Part shown: positions 37,326 through 48,361 of the stretch, in pieces
How positions within the stretch are numbered: position 1 is the first letter of the stretch
Layout: the number at the start of each line of letters is the position of its first letter
From: Macrostomum lignano
Taxonomy: Eukaryota
Assembly (NCBI GenBank): GCA_002269645.1
Contig: NIVC01000424.1
Coordinates: forward strand, 1 to 64,000
Direction of reading: 5' to 3'
Length of the DNA: 64,000 nt
Translations under genes and position numbers: made by a program
Notes under the pieces: model-generated
The model's input: only the letters and a program-made list of their open reading frames with translations
Told to the model about the DNA's origin: nothing
Database searches by the model: none

Positions 37326-39200
37326 CTTGATTGAAAAATGAGGATCTGAAATGTCATAACTTTTTAATCTGCATCATAATCTAAATATATAATTAAAATT
37401 TTACTTGATGCACAAATATATCCAAAAAGTCTATACACAGACGCCCAATTAAAAGTAGCTTATTCATGAAATAGGCGAGTGACCCATCTAGTGTTTTTAT
37501 TATCTATTGCCGTAAACTGTTAAAATAATTTTAACAAAAGTTCGTTTAAAAATTGAATGCATACATTTTCCTACTTGTTTTTTGATTGGTAGCTACTTTG
37601 CGTAGCAACAAAAGGAAGCTTTGATATGCCCGTTCAAAGTTCACAGGTGGATTGACAGCTTTTAGCAGTTTTCTTTGTGATTTTTTCGTCTTCAATAATA
37701 CCAGCTTTGTTACCTGGCAATTCCGTATGATTGTATTTCGATGCAAATGCAGTTAGAAACTTCGTATACGGCCAACGAACCTGGTGGTCTACTGTTAGTA
37801 ACCTATGAGAAAATGTTATTGCTAAGCGTAGGTGTTAGAAAATGAGGTGCAAAACGTCCATAAAATTTCGTTAGGATGAAAATAAGAATTTTAATTTTCT
37901 AGGATTTCTGGCCTCGTTGAAACCAAAGCTAGACTATGGCCCTGTCAATCTCTGTCCAATAGCAAACGAGCAATCGTTGAAATCACAATCTGGAAACTGA
38001 GAAGTCCTTTAGAACTCGCTTCGACTGCACCAAACAGCTCGATTTGCCATGACAGTGAACGCGTGTGATGCACCTTCACCTGGCGTGATTCTTAATGAAC
38101 GGCGTGAATTATTGTGAGTGTTGCAAGGTCCGAATCTGCAGATCTGATGCCCACTCAAAGCAACGCTATTCACCTATAAACGAGGATCACATTGTATTCG
38201 AAGGTAGCCATTTATACCCCGGTTGGCGCGTGAGTAACTATTTGTATTGGTTACTCATGCGCCCCCCCCCGGGTACCTGACTTATGCCTGTTCGGTCATA
38301 CGAGCGTAGTAAAAATATTGTTGATGCAATAGTTGAGTGCAGGTGTACTCAATACAGTGCAGGTGAGATGCAATACATATAAGGTATTAATGTCAGGTGA
38401 TTCCGGCCTTAAGTCAATAGGGAATAGGCTGAACCAGCAAAAAGGTATAATCTCATCTCAGACGCTGGGTTTCTTCAACTGCTAATTTGACTATTTTTCT
38501 TGTTGAGTTTCAGTTGAGGTGCATTGACAAGAAAATATCTATCAAATTGCATGCCATACCGTATTCAAATTGCTGCGAGAATAGCTCAATTTCTCAAAAT
38601 CACTCAGTTTACAGTTTTTATTAGAAGAATTTCGTCATAAGCGATTTTAGTTATGTTTTCTCATAAAGCAGCTGTCATACATGCAAGTTACAGGCAGGTT
38701 TTACACGCAGATTACGACGCTAGGGCAGTTGTGTAAAGAATTAACATCTAAATATTAAATAATCTATTAGTCAAAAACACTAAAATGGCTTTTGTAGAAA
38801 ATTTGCACAAATTTTTTCAGTGAATATTGCTCAAGATGTCATTGTATTAACTTTTCACTAACTTAAGTACGCTAATAGTTAAGCATGGCTGATCAAAAGA
38901 CAGTCATTTGCACTCACTAAAATATTCTAACTGGTTCGTCCAACATTGACCTTCTAAAACAAGCAAGGTTGTCAGCGACAGATTTTAAAGGTTCCGATGA
39001 AAGTCACCTGCGATTCTTTGGACACTCTCGAAAGAGCTTCCCTATTGGCCCCGACTCTCTGATTGACCGAAAAACTTCCATTGGCAACTACAGTTGTCTG
39101 TCAGAAGGATGTTGAAAGACTCAATTCAGTTTCGAAGCAATTTCCAAAGAATAAAGGAGCCAAGCAAGCTGGCTTTGGAGGGAGAAACAACTCAAAGAGA

Positions 39201-39789
39201 TGCAACTCTAAGTTTCACCCCATCACTGGCTACTTGTGCATTCGCCGTGAGTTCGTCCGCATCATCGGCACCTGCACCAATTATGCCGGCTGCTCAATGC
39301 TGTGCGCCAGAGACCGCCGCTGTCAGGCGTTCAGCCTGGCTGACGGTCCGTGCCAGCTGTTCGTGTTCGACAAGTGCAGCAAGTCGGTGAGGAACTGCGG
39401 CTGCTCCAGGAGAGGCCGGGTGTTTGTGAAGCAGCAGCCGGGACTCGAGGCGGGCGCGCTGTGTCCGTCTGGCTACGGAGACGACCTGTGCGGAGTGAAG
39501 TACAAGCTGCTGAATGACTCTGGAACTTGGTGGCCAAGCAGAGAGAAGTGCGAGTCGGAGAGCGGTCTGGTGATCATGGCTGATGTGGTTGACGCAGTTG
39601 AGATGGGCCACGTTGATAATTTGTACAAGAAGCACAGCCTTGGCAAGTCGTTCTGGCTCGGCGGCTTTCAGACTCCGGGAAGTTCAGAGCCGGCAGGAGG
39701 CTGGCACTGGGTCGCGTGCAACAGCCGCGTCGATTCTGGGCTCTGGGCTTCTGAATTGAGCCGAACAATCGCAACAAACCTTGAAAACT
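39201..39789 (+). pseudogene. PAN + C-type lectin copy B: no signal peptide, 3' end replaced by a LINE
   Basis: Homology runs from TGCAACTC (CNSKFHP) to GAAAACT. Upstream sequence is unrelated and there is no ATG before the PAN domain; +2/+1 indels lie across the EPN region. Confidence 0.8.
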
Positions 39790-41150
39790 CAAGAGTCGCA
39801 GACGCCTTTCCTCAGACTATCGGAATTCCGATTAACTGGGCCCATATCGGAGCCGTCAAGTCTCGTTTTTTCGGCTATGGACCAGTCGTTGCCAGCCGGA
39901 CTGATCCGCAAGCTTCTCCTTAGGACTGGCATCGAGCCGAATCCAGGCCCTTGGCCCTGTGCTTTGTTCTGTCAACATTAAAAGATCCGAAGCATCCGTC
40001 AAATGCAACTGCTGCAACGTCAGCACCAGCACTTTCCCATCAGACTGGACTTCTGCTAAAGTCGTCCCTCTGCCTAAAGCCGGCAAAGACCCCACGCTCG
40101 GTGGCTCCTATCGCCCGATCGCCATCCTCTCGCCCGCCATAAAAATTCTGGAGAAAGCGCCCCTCCCCACTTTCCAAGCCTCCTTTGCCTTGCCAAGGAG
40201 GCAACATGGTTTCCGCGCGGGTCATTCCACTACCACGGCTCTGCTCAGCCTCACCACCTTCATCAGCGATGGCCTCAACGTGCAGAAGCCAGCTCTCCGC
40301 AGTCTCCTTGTCGTTCTCGATCTTCAAAAAGCGTTCTAAAAGGCTGATTATACCAAGCTCTGCGAGATTTTGCTTCAGTTGTCTCTGCCGCGCGCACTGG
40401 TTCGCTGGCTGCATGCTCATCTTAAGAATCGCTCCGCTAGAGTGGAATATCGCTCGATTCTCTCTAAATCCCACCCGCTGCACGTCGGAGTTTTAGTCCC
40501 CTTCTGTTTGCTTCCTATATGTCTGACCTTCCGCGTCCGCCGCCAAGCCTGCACATCGATGGCATCTCCATCTGTGCTCGCGGTCCGTTTGTCCATAAAC
40601 TCCCTGAGCTCATTTAACCGTGCCTCGATCAGCTCAGCCGCTATCTCAAATCCAAAAGTCTTCCTCTCTCACCGGGAAAATCCACTGTCACCATCTTTAC
40701 CAGCACCACTCATGAATTCCGCTCGTCTCCGCCGATTTTTCTGCGTGGCTCGCCTTTGCCCTACTGCATCAACCCGAAGATCATAACTTCAAGTGGGCGA
40801 CGAGTTCCTCATCAATCAGCCGCCCAACCCGGTTCTCGGCACACGTGCGCCGGACATCAGCACCTCCGAAAGCCTCCTTTGTCGTAGTCAGCGCACCACC
40901 CTTGCCCAGCTGCGCTCTGGACACTGCAAACTGCTCGCTACTTATCAAGCCATGCAAAATCGACCCGTCGTTCCCACCTCTGTGCCGCAAATACGGCCGG
41001 GACGATGAGACCGTCACGCATATCTTCAACTGTAGAGCCATGCCGACCGACCTGACCCTCTTGGCGCTCTGGATCCAACCCAGAGAGGTCTGCTCGTTCC
41101 CGGAGACTACCTTTTCCGTTCCTGGGTCCACCGATTCACTAAGGCTATCG
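39790..41150 (+). mobile_element. Internally deleted non-LTR retrotransposon: 2A-like leader, Cys-finger start, RT, C-terminal CCHC
   Basis: MDQSLPAGLIRKLLLRTGIEPNPGP; then WPC..C...VKCNCC; WTSAKVVPLPKAGKD...YRPIAILS, QHGFRAGHSTTTAL, LDLQKAF; TLAQLRSGH...C..C...ETVTHIFNC. Several stops and frameshifts. Confidence 0.9.
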
Positions 41151-42108
41151 CACACACAAGCATGCAGAGCTGAGCGACTTCATAGAGGATATCACTTCGT
41201 TACGAAGTGTCCTTTTCGAGTACCTGTCATCTTTCGAGATTTAATCCAGCTTTGAAATTTTCGAAATGTCGTTTTACTATTCATATTTTACAGTTCCAAA
41301 ATTACATGTGAATTTATGCAGGCTGTGTACGAAAATTCCCTCTTGGTAACTATATTAGGTGAGACATGTTTTCTACTGTTTCCAACATCTGTTTCAACCC
41401 CAGTTTCTCACTTCTCAGCTCCCAGACCTAGAAGTTCGTGGATCTACCATGGTTTTGCTAGAGTCACGGATGCATAAACCATATAATATGCAAGCTCTCC
41501 TTTTCCTACTGGTTCCTCCCATGGAGTCAATACGCTCGTATATCAGAAATAAGCTGCAGTGGCTCAGTAGAGTCTATTTGCCTGTATTCCTGTTTGATTT
41601 CATGCCTCGTCTACAAAAGTCATTTTGTAAAACGGGAGTCAGTTGAATACAACCATCAAGAGTTTCGATGCAGCTTTTCGATGAATTAATGGCTAATGGA
41701 CTTTTCTATAAAAAACTTAACGTAGACTACCTGTTAATGGGTAAGCCAGTCGCATGGTGCAAACAAGCTGACTTGTTTAATTCGTCATGCGTGAGTAAAT
41801 ATATGTATAAGCAAGGCAACGCCAAAACACATTCTCAGGAACAGGCATTCACGATGCTTCTTTAAAAAGCAGAATTTCGTATTTCAATTTTTTTAACCAT
41901 ACGCTTACAATACGATTCCAAAGTGGACTATTAGAGTTTTTTATTTTGTTTAAAATAATTCTATGCATACATTTTATAATATCCGTGTCGTGCCGTGTGG
42001 TTGGTAAAGTATTCCATCAAATCTACTTCATGTAGAAAATTGCTTATTTATTGGATGGCTGCAGCAGGTTCGTGTGCATGTAGTTAGAATATTGAGTTAG
42101 GGTCGCGT

Positions 42109-42288
42109 CAGGGACTACTCAAACACCGGGACGGGAAACTAAAATTTTTTTACGAGGCTGGCTGGCAATTATTTTCATTAGAGAGATGCTGTGTTACTTT
42201 GTTGTCTATGGTTATTTTCTACTGCTGATGATAGACCAGCCTCGTAAAAAAATTCTAGTTTCCCGTCCCGGTGTTTGAGTAGTCCCTG
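42109..42288. mobile_element. 180-bp hAT-type MITE, left arm only
   Basis: ~53-bp TIRs starting CAGGGACTACTC; 8-bp TSD GGTCGCGT; empty site at ~63537-63544. Confidence 0.9.
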
Positions 42289-42342
42289 GGTCGCGTGAGA
42301 GCAGTATTGTACGTTGTACGTTGTACGTACGTTGATTAACAA

Positions 42343-42438
42343 CTATATGACGAAAGGGGACACGCATTCACAAAGGACACCCCGTGGAAGTTTACTGTTC
42401 TCTTTGAAGTCCCTCAGTCCTGGGTGCTCGTGAGAGCT
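42343..42438 (-). pseudogene. Orphan variant 3' lectin cassette downstream of copy C
   Basis: SSHEHPGLRDFKENSKLPRGVLCECVSPFVI*, homologous to the last 32 codons of copy C. Confidence 0.85.
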
Positions 42439-42622
42439 GCAGCGCGATCTGAAGAGGCAGCGGGGAGGCGAGCGTCGCCCATTCCGCTAATCTCTGAGAA
42501 GCCCGCATGAGAGGCGCGGGGCCGGTCAGGGAGGTCTTCCGGACCTGTCTAGAGATGACCATTTAAAGTCACCGAGGAAAATACTACGTACATGTATATT
42601 TAGGCAATGTACGTTGATCGAA

Positions 42623-43387
42623 TTACATGACAAAGGGGGACACGCACTCGCAAAGGACACCCTGTGGACGTTTACTGTTCTCTTCCATGTCGTTCAGTCC
42701 TGGGCGCACGTGATAACGGCCAACACAGTTTTCAACGTTGTTATAATTGTTTGGCTCAACAGAGGCCCAGAGTCCATCATCGACGCTGATGTTGCACGCG
42801 ACCCAGTGCCAGCCTCCTGTCGGCTCTGAACTTCCCGGAGTCTGAAAGCCGCCGAGCCAGAACGACTTTCCGAGGCTGTGCTTCTTGTAGAAATCATCTA
42901 CGTGGCTCATCTCGGTCGCATCAACCACATCAGCCATGATCACCAGACCGCTCTCCGACTCGCACTTCTCTCTGCTCGGCCACCAAGTTCCAGAGAGATT
43001 CAGCAGCTTGTACTTCACACCGCACAGGTCGTCTCCGTAGCCAGACGGACACAGCGCGCCCGCCTCGAGTCCCGGCTGCTGCTTCACAAACACCCGGCCT
43101 CTCCTGGAGCAGCCGCAGTCCCTCACCGACTTGCTGCACTTGTCGAACACGAACAGCTGGCACGGACCGTCAGCCAGGCTGAACGCCTGACAGCGGCGGT
43201 CTCTGGCGCACAGCATTGAGCAGCCGGCATAATTGGAGCAGGTGCCGATGGTGCGGACGAACTCACGGCGAATGCACAGGTAGCCAGTGATGGGGTGGAA
43301 CTTGGAGTTGCAGCTCAGTTCCGACTGTGTGAGCGACGCTAGTGCTAGAAAAGTGCATGCAAAGTTAAGATATTTCAAAGCAGACAT
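42623..43387 (-). CDS. Secreted PAN/apple + C-type lectin, copy C (intact, 254 aa, EPN motif)
   Basis: Signal peptide MSALKYLNFACTFLALASLTQS; CTLD with WASVEPNNYNNVENC...LND...LCEC. EPN is the established mannose/GlcNAc/fucose-type motif. Confidence 0.92.
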   Translation of the reverse strand: MSALKYLNFACTFLALASLTQSELSCNSKFHPITGYLCIRREFVRTIGTCSNYAGCSMLCARDRRCQAFSLADGPCQLFVFDKCSKSVRDCGCSRRGRVFVKQQPGLEAGALCPSGYGDDLCGVKYKLLNLSGTWWPSREKCESESGLVIMADVVDATEMSHVDDFYKKHSLGKSFWLGGFQTPGSSEPTGGWHWVACNISVDDGLWASVEPNNYNNVENCVGRYHVRPGLNDMEENSKRPQGVLCECVSPFVM

Positions 43388-44187
43388 AGTCGGTGTTTGA
43401 AAATTGTTTGGAAAGCTTAGAAATCGGAGTTGTGGAAATGATTGTGGAAGGATTGAGTCAACAGCGTTTTTTAATATATGTATGGGCAGTGGTGGCTACC
43501 AATGAAGGAAGTGCATGGACAGAACCAATAGGAGTTTACTAACTAAAGGACTATAGTTTAGAGGCAATACTCATATTTGAAGCTGAAAGTAAAATTATAC
43601 GATTAAATGTATGATCGCGCATAGGTCCATGGTACAATTAGGCTTTACGAAAGAAAATTTACACTTTTATTAATGTACTGCCGTCCGTCTTTCTTACATG
43701 AAAATATACTGCTTGCACATGCTTAGTTCAGAGTAAAAGTAAATTCTATATGGCATACAGTAGATTTACTAATGCATGTACAAGTTTATTTTCAATTTTT
43801 TTAGTATATAGGATTCAGAATTATATTTAGGTAAGAAGAGCATTTTTCTATATGTTAAAAACAACTTGATAACAGTCGCTTCGTAGGCTATCAAATTAAA
43901 AGTTTCTGTCTCGTACTTTTGAGTTCGTCCCAGCTGGACGTAACGTAAGGCATGCGGTGCCAAAAAATATGTATATACCTGTCTATGAAGACGCCATTTC
44001 ATTCTGCCTGGCGTGCTAAAGCCGCTGTCGAACCTGCAGTACATCATTTCAATGCCGGAGACAGAGAGGTCCTTGCAACGCGCGATGGCACAAGAGTTAA
44101 TTGCAAATTATACCGACGATAGTAAAAAGTTATACTATCTCCGTGAACACTTCCTATCTCAGTAGTGTATTTTCGAAAAAACAGCCT

Positions 44188-44496
44188 CTAAAAGTTTCCT
44201 AGAAAAGAGGTTTCCCGTACTAAATGTACTGAGTAATGGTCCTTTAATTTATTGTGGTACTCGTACACAGCTGCCATTCCTCTGCTAATAGAGTGCCTCA
44301 CTGCAGCCCGTGAAGGCGTGTATGCCTTGCTGGATAGGTCCAAAAATACATGCAGTAGCCTCTCTGGCCCGATCTGTGCTCCAAAGTAAAACACATTGAA
44401 CTGGCCCTGGTGCATGAGTTCGCGTGCATAGACTTCTTCATGGGCGTCAATTCTCAATTTCTTGCAATTACTCACCCGAAAACAAAGGCTTCCCAT
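44188..44496 (-). CDS. Possible ORF or exon of unknown function (mirror copy at 61346-61654, +)
   Basis: 102-aa ORF with identical translation in both arms and a neighbouring ORF at 43769-44047. No motif recognised. Confidence 0.3.
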   Translation of the reverse strand: MGSLCFRVSNCKKLRIDAHEEVYARELMHQGQFNVFYFGAQIGPERLLHVFLDLSSKAYTPSRAAVRHSISRGMAAVYEYHNKLKDHYSVHLVRETSFLGNF

Positions 44497-47400
44497 CGCT
44501 TGTGTAAATATGAGAGTATTAATGTCATTTTAGGCAATAATAATAAGAACGAGACAGGTATAAAAGAACTCTTAAAGGAAACTTTGATAAAAATAGTACC
44601 GACAGTATATAATCGCGAGTCTTGTTCGTGCCTTCTCGATCGCTGTCCCGAGTGAGAAAGCAGGAAAGTGGGAATTCGCATTTGCATGCGGTTTATATTT
44701 AAGCATGTATGAATTAGTTACGTAGAATTTTTAATAGCTTTTTACGCAAACCGTGGATATTTACGATGATTATGTTATTTAACATAAACAACTTTTTAGA
44801 GCAGAGAAAGATATATTTACTAAAATTCAAATCATAAAATATATTAAAGGAGATTTCAAAAGCCAGTAAAACTTTTTAACTATTTGTTTCATTTTTTTAC
44901 TTAAACTGTTTCTTAGAATACATTTAAAACTTTTTACAGCGCTTACTTAATTAAAGTTTATAATTGTTGTATATTATTATTAGTAGATTCGAAGCGTCGA
45001 AGCAACCCACCTCACGGCAGGTAACGGCAGAATTATCGCAATGTACGCTTGTACGCTTAGCAACATGCTAAAGTTTTTGTACCAAAACTAGTGGTTTTTT
45101 TAGGTCTCAGTCACAAGGGACGCAATTCACATTCACACCACACACGCCTGGCCCTGGCGCCCGCCCGCGCCCCGCGGTTTGTTGCAAAGTTGCATCAGCG
45201 TCAGGACGCCCTGCCCTAAGCCTATCTTGGGCTAAGGCTGTTAAGGAGAAAGTGGAGAGTTGTGGCAAGAGTTGGATTAAAGCTCTCTTTTGGAGCTTAT
45301 ATCACTTATTTGGTCTGGAAATGTAAAATATTGCTTTGTGTAGATTCAATGAATAGGCTACTACAACAACAATATAATAAATAGGCCTATCTATCCTACT
45401 AGTTATGGCAAACCCTAGGCTTTATCCTTAACGCTTAAGTTTCAAGCAATGCCATTGAACATTTAGTTTTGTTTTTAAGCAAACAATAGGCCCTAGCCTA
45501 ATCTTAAACACAATAGATCCAAAGCTAGGCCTAAAATTTTTTAATATAGTTTCCAAAATTTTTAAGATAGGCCTATTATATAGATAAATATTTCACTGAT
45601 ACCATAGTTTGGTTTGGATTATGCATTAGTGTATGCCAGGTCTGGTAGGACTAGGAGAAAAAGTAGGCCTAACCTTGAAAAAACCTTGTTTATACATTAA
45701 GACTAAAATGTCATTGACAATGTTTTCATTGTGATGTATAGCCATAGATAGTCAAGAAGATAGCCTTTTTTACAGAAAATTCCAGCACAAAAGGGTTTTG
45801 GACATATATTAAGCCTATAGAGTTTGACCGAGATTTCAATCTTGATCTCAAAATTTCAAGACTACCTTTTTGGGTAGGCCTAGGTCATTTTGAGAAATTG
45901 TCAAAATTTCAAGAAATGGCTTAGAATTATAAAACAATTGAGCAAGATTGAATTCAATATAGAAAATGTAAAAATATTATGAAATGCCAAATAAAAAACA
46001 AATAATGCATTGTCTAATCTAATGCACAATTAGTACTTTTTTGTTTGCTGATGTATTGATGGCTTTTTCAATTAAAATATATTTACAATCCCTTTACATT
46101 GAGGTGGGGGGCAGAGAAGAAAATAAATTGGGAGGGTGTTTAGGCAGTTTTAAAGTTTGAATTGCTACCTGTGATGTCTTGGCACTTGTAAAGCTAGAAA
46201 ATTTCACAAACTGATTCATATAACTTTTCCTTTGATACTCCATCTGCTGGGTCCTCAATTCTGGGGGAAGGTAGTCATAATCGCAGTCAAGCAGTCTTTT
46301 AATGGCATAGTCATTCAATTGGGTCCTCAGACACTGTAAACTTAGTAATCTATTGATAGGCTCAGTTTGTCACTATCAGTAATAAAGTAGCATTGCCATA
46401 ATTTCATATTATAGAATGTTGAAGGTTTCAGAGCTTGCTTTTGAGATGAGACTAATTGATTGCTTTATGCCCTAGTTTTCCCATGGGCAAATGACTCAAT
46501 AGAAAACTAAGGGCTTCGATTACAAGAACAAAAAATAAATAGTGTCAGTGACTGCTGTCTTCCTCCCAGTGGTAGACTGGCCTACCACAACATACAACAT
46601 TGTATTTCTACAAAACAGTTTCAAATACAAGTTTTACTGGTATTTTTTAAGGGAAAACTAGAAAATAAGATTTTTGTATTAGCATTTTTAGCAAAATAGT
46701 TCTAGCACATGGTGTAATCAAATTATTTTGATAGGATTTGTTTTAGCATAGGCATGTCATGATCCTGACTATGGCTCACCTGATAGGCTATTACCAACTT
46801 TCAACCTATTTATGTATCTTATAGTAGCATATAGTGGCATAGCCAGAGTTAGTGGCTTATTTTTGCATATTGCAAAAATACTATGGAGTCCTTGTTTGGA
46901 AAGAAATCAGTATTTCTTTTGTACTATTATTCATTTACTTATAATATAGGCTAAGTCTTATATAAATCTAATTATAAGTACCATTTTTCCTATACAAATT
47001 TACAATTGTAGCTGGATCTCCAATTCTCGATCAATGTATTCTTGATCTTAAATTTTTAATAAAATTATTGCTTGATCTTGCTCAAAAAACATATTATAAT
47101 CTTGGTTGGACTTTAGTATGCCACGTTGGTGCATTCTGGCACAATAGCAGGCAAGGGAGAAAAATCCAATGCAATATGGTGCAAGACAAAAAAATTGGCA
47201 CAATTTGGTGCAAGAAAAAAGCTTCCAATGAGACAATATTTTCTTTGACAAAAATTAGTGCCATAATTTCTTTTTATAAGCACTTTTTGTTTGCTAGTAT
47301 ATTGACAACTTTTATATTTAATAATGTAAACATTGCATTTTCTATGAAACAGATTCAAATACAAGTTTTACCAGTATTTTTCATTTGGTAAATGAAAAAT

Positions 47401-47971
47401 ACCAAATGAAAAATACCAATATGTTTTTTTTTCAAAAAGTAATAATAAATAGAACAAGCAAAAGTTTTTTCATAAGAATTGTTCTAGCACATGGTGCAAG
47501 CAAACTTTTGTGATAGGATTTGTTCTGGCGCATGGCATAACCAAACTTTTTTGATTGGATTCATTCTGGCACAAGCATGCCATAATTCTGAATATGGATG
47601 TATAAAGGTTGGACAATATTGATTTTTTTTATTTTCAAGATTTTATATTTTTTGTCAAAACAATATAATATTTGATCTGGATTCTGAGATATATATTTTA
47701 AGATAATACAAAGCTAAAAAACTGAAAATTGCAATTCTATAGCCTATAGCCTATAAGTTGATTTTTTGGCACTAATTTGATTCATTTTGAATTCAATGCA
47801 TTTATTTTGATGTCTAAATAATATATGCTATTTTAAAAAATAGTATTCAAGATATGGCACTTTATTGTACTTTATTTTATGTTAGATTCTTGGCAGTTTC
47901 TTAAATATTGATTGCAAGATCAAAGATCTCCTCTGACCTCTAGAAGCTCTAGTCATGTATGCTAGGATATA

Positions 47972-48361
47972 CAGGGTGTCCCATAAGTAACTTTACAACT
48001 TGTTTTGTGAATAACTTTGTGATTAATGCTTGGATCCCCACCAGATTTTAGCATAGGAAAATATATAGAAAATGGATTTTTTGACAGCAAAAACATGTTC
48101 ATATGTTAAAAAATACAGTCTGTTCAGGGTCCTTTGATGTGGCCACCGCTGTTTGTAAGGCAGGCCTCCAGCCACCGCGGAAAGTCTAGCAGGGCTTTGG
48201 TAAGCGTCTCAGGCAAAATCTGGGCCTGATATGAACATGCTTTTGGTGTCAAAAAATCCCTTTTCTATATATTTTCCTATGCTAAAATCTGGTTGGAATC
48301 CAAGCATTAATCACAAAGTTATTCACGAAACAAGTTGTAAAGTAACTTATGGGACACCCTG
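47972..48361. mobile_element. 390-bp Tc1/mariner-superfamily MITE (mirror copy at 55936-56325)
   Basis: TA TSD; ~140-bp TIRs starting CAGGGTGTCCCA; the core encodes QILPETLTKALLDFPRWLEACLTNSGGHIK, resembling a Tc1-like transposase C-terminus. Confidence 0.88.

Noticed and set aside
44188-44496. Stand-alone TIR domain that could partner the TIR-less LRR receptor
   Set aside because: Only a vague resemblance (VFLDLSSKAY); no box 1, box 2 or WCxxE motif.
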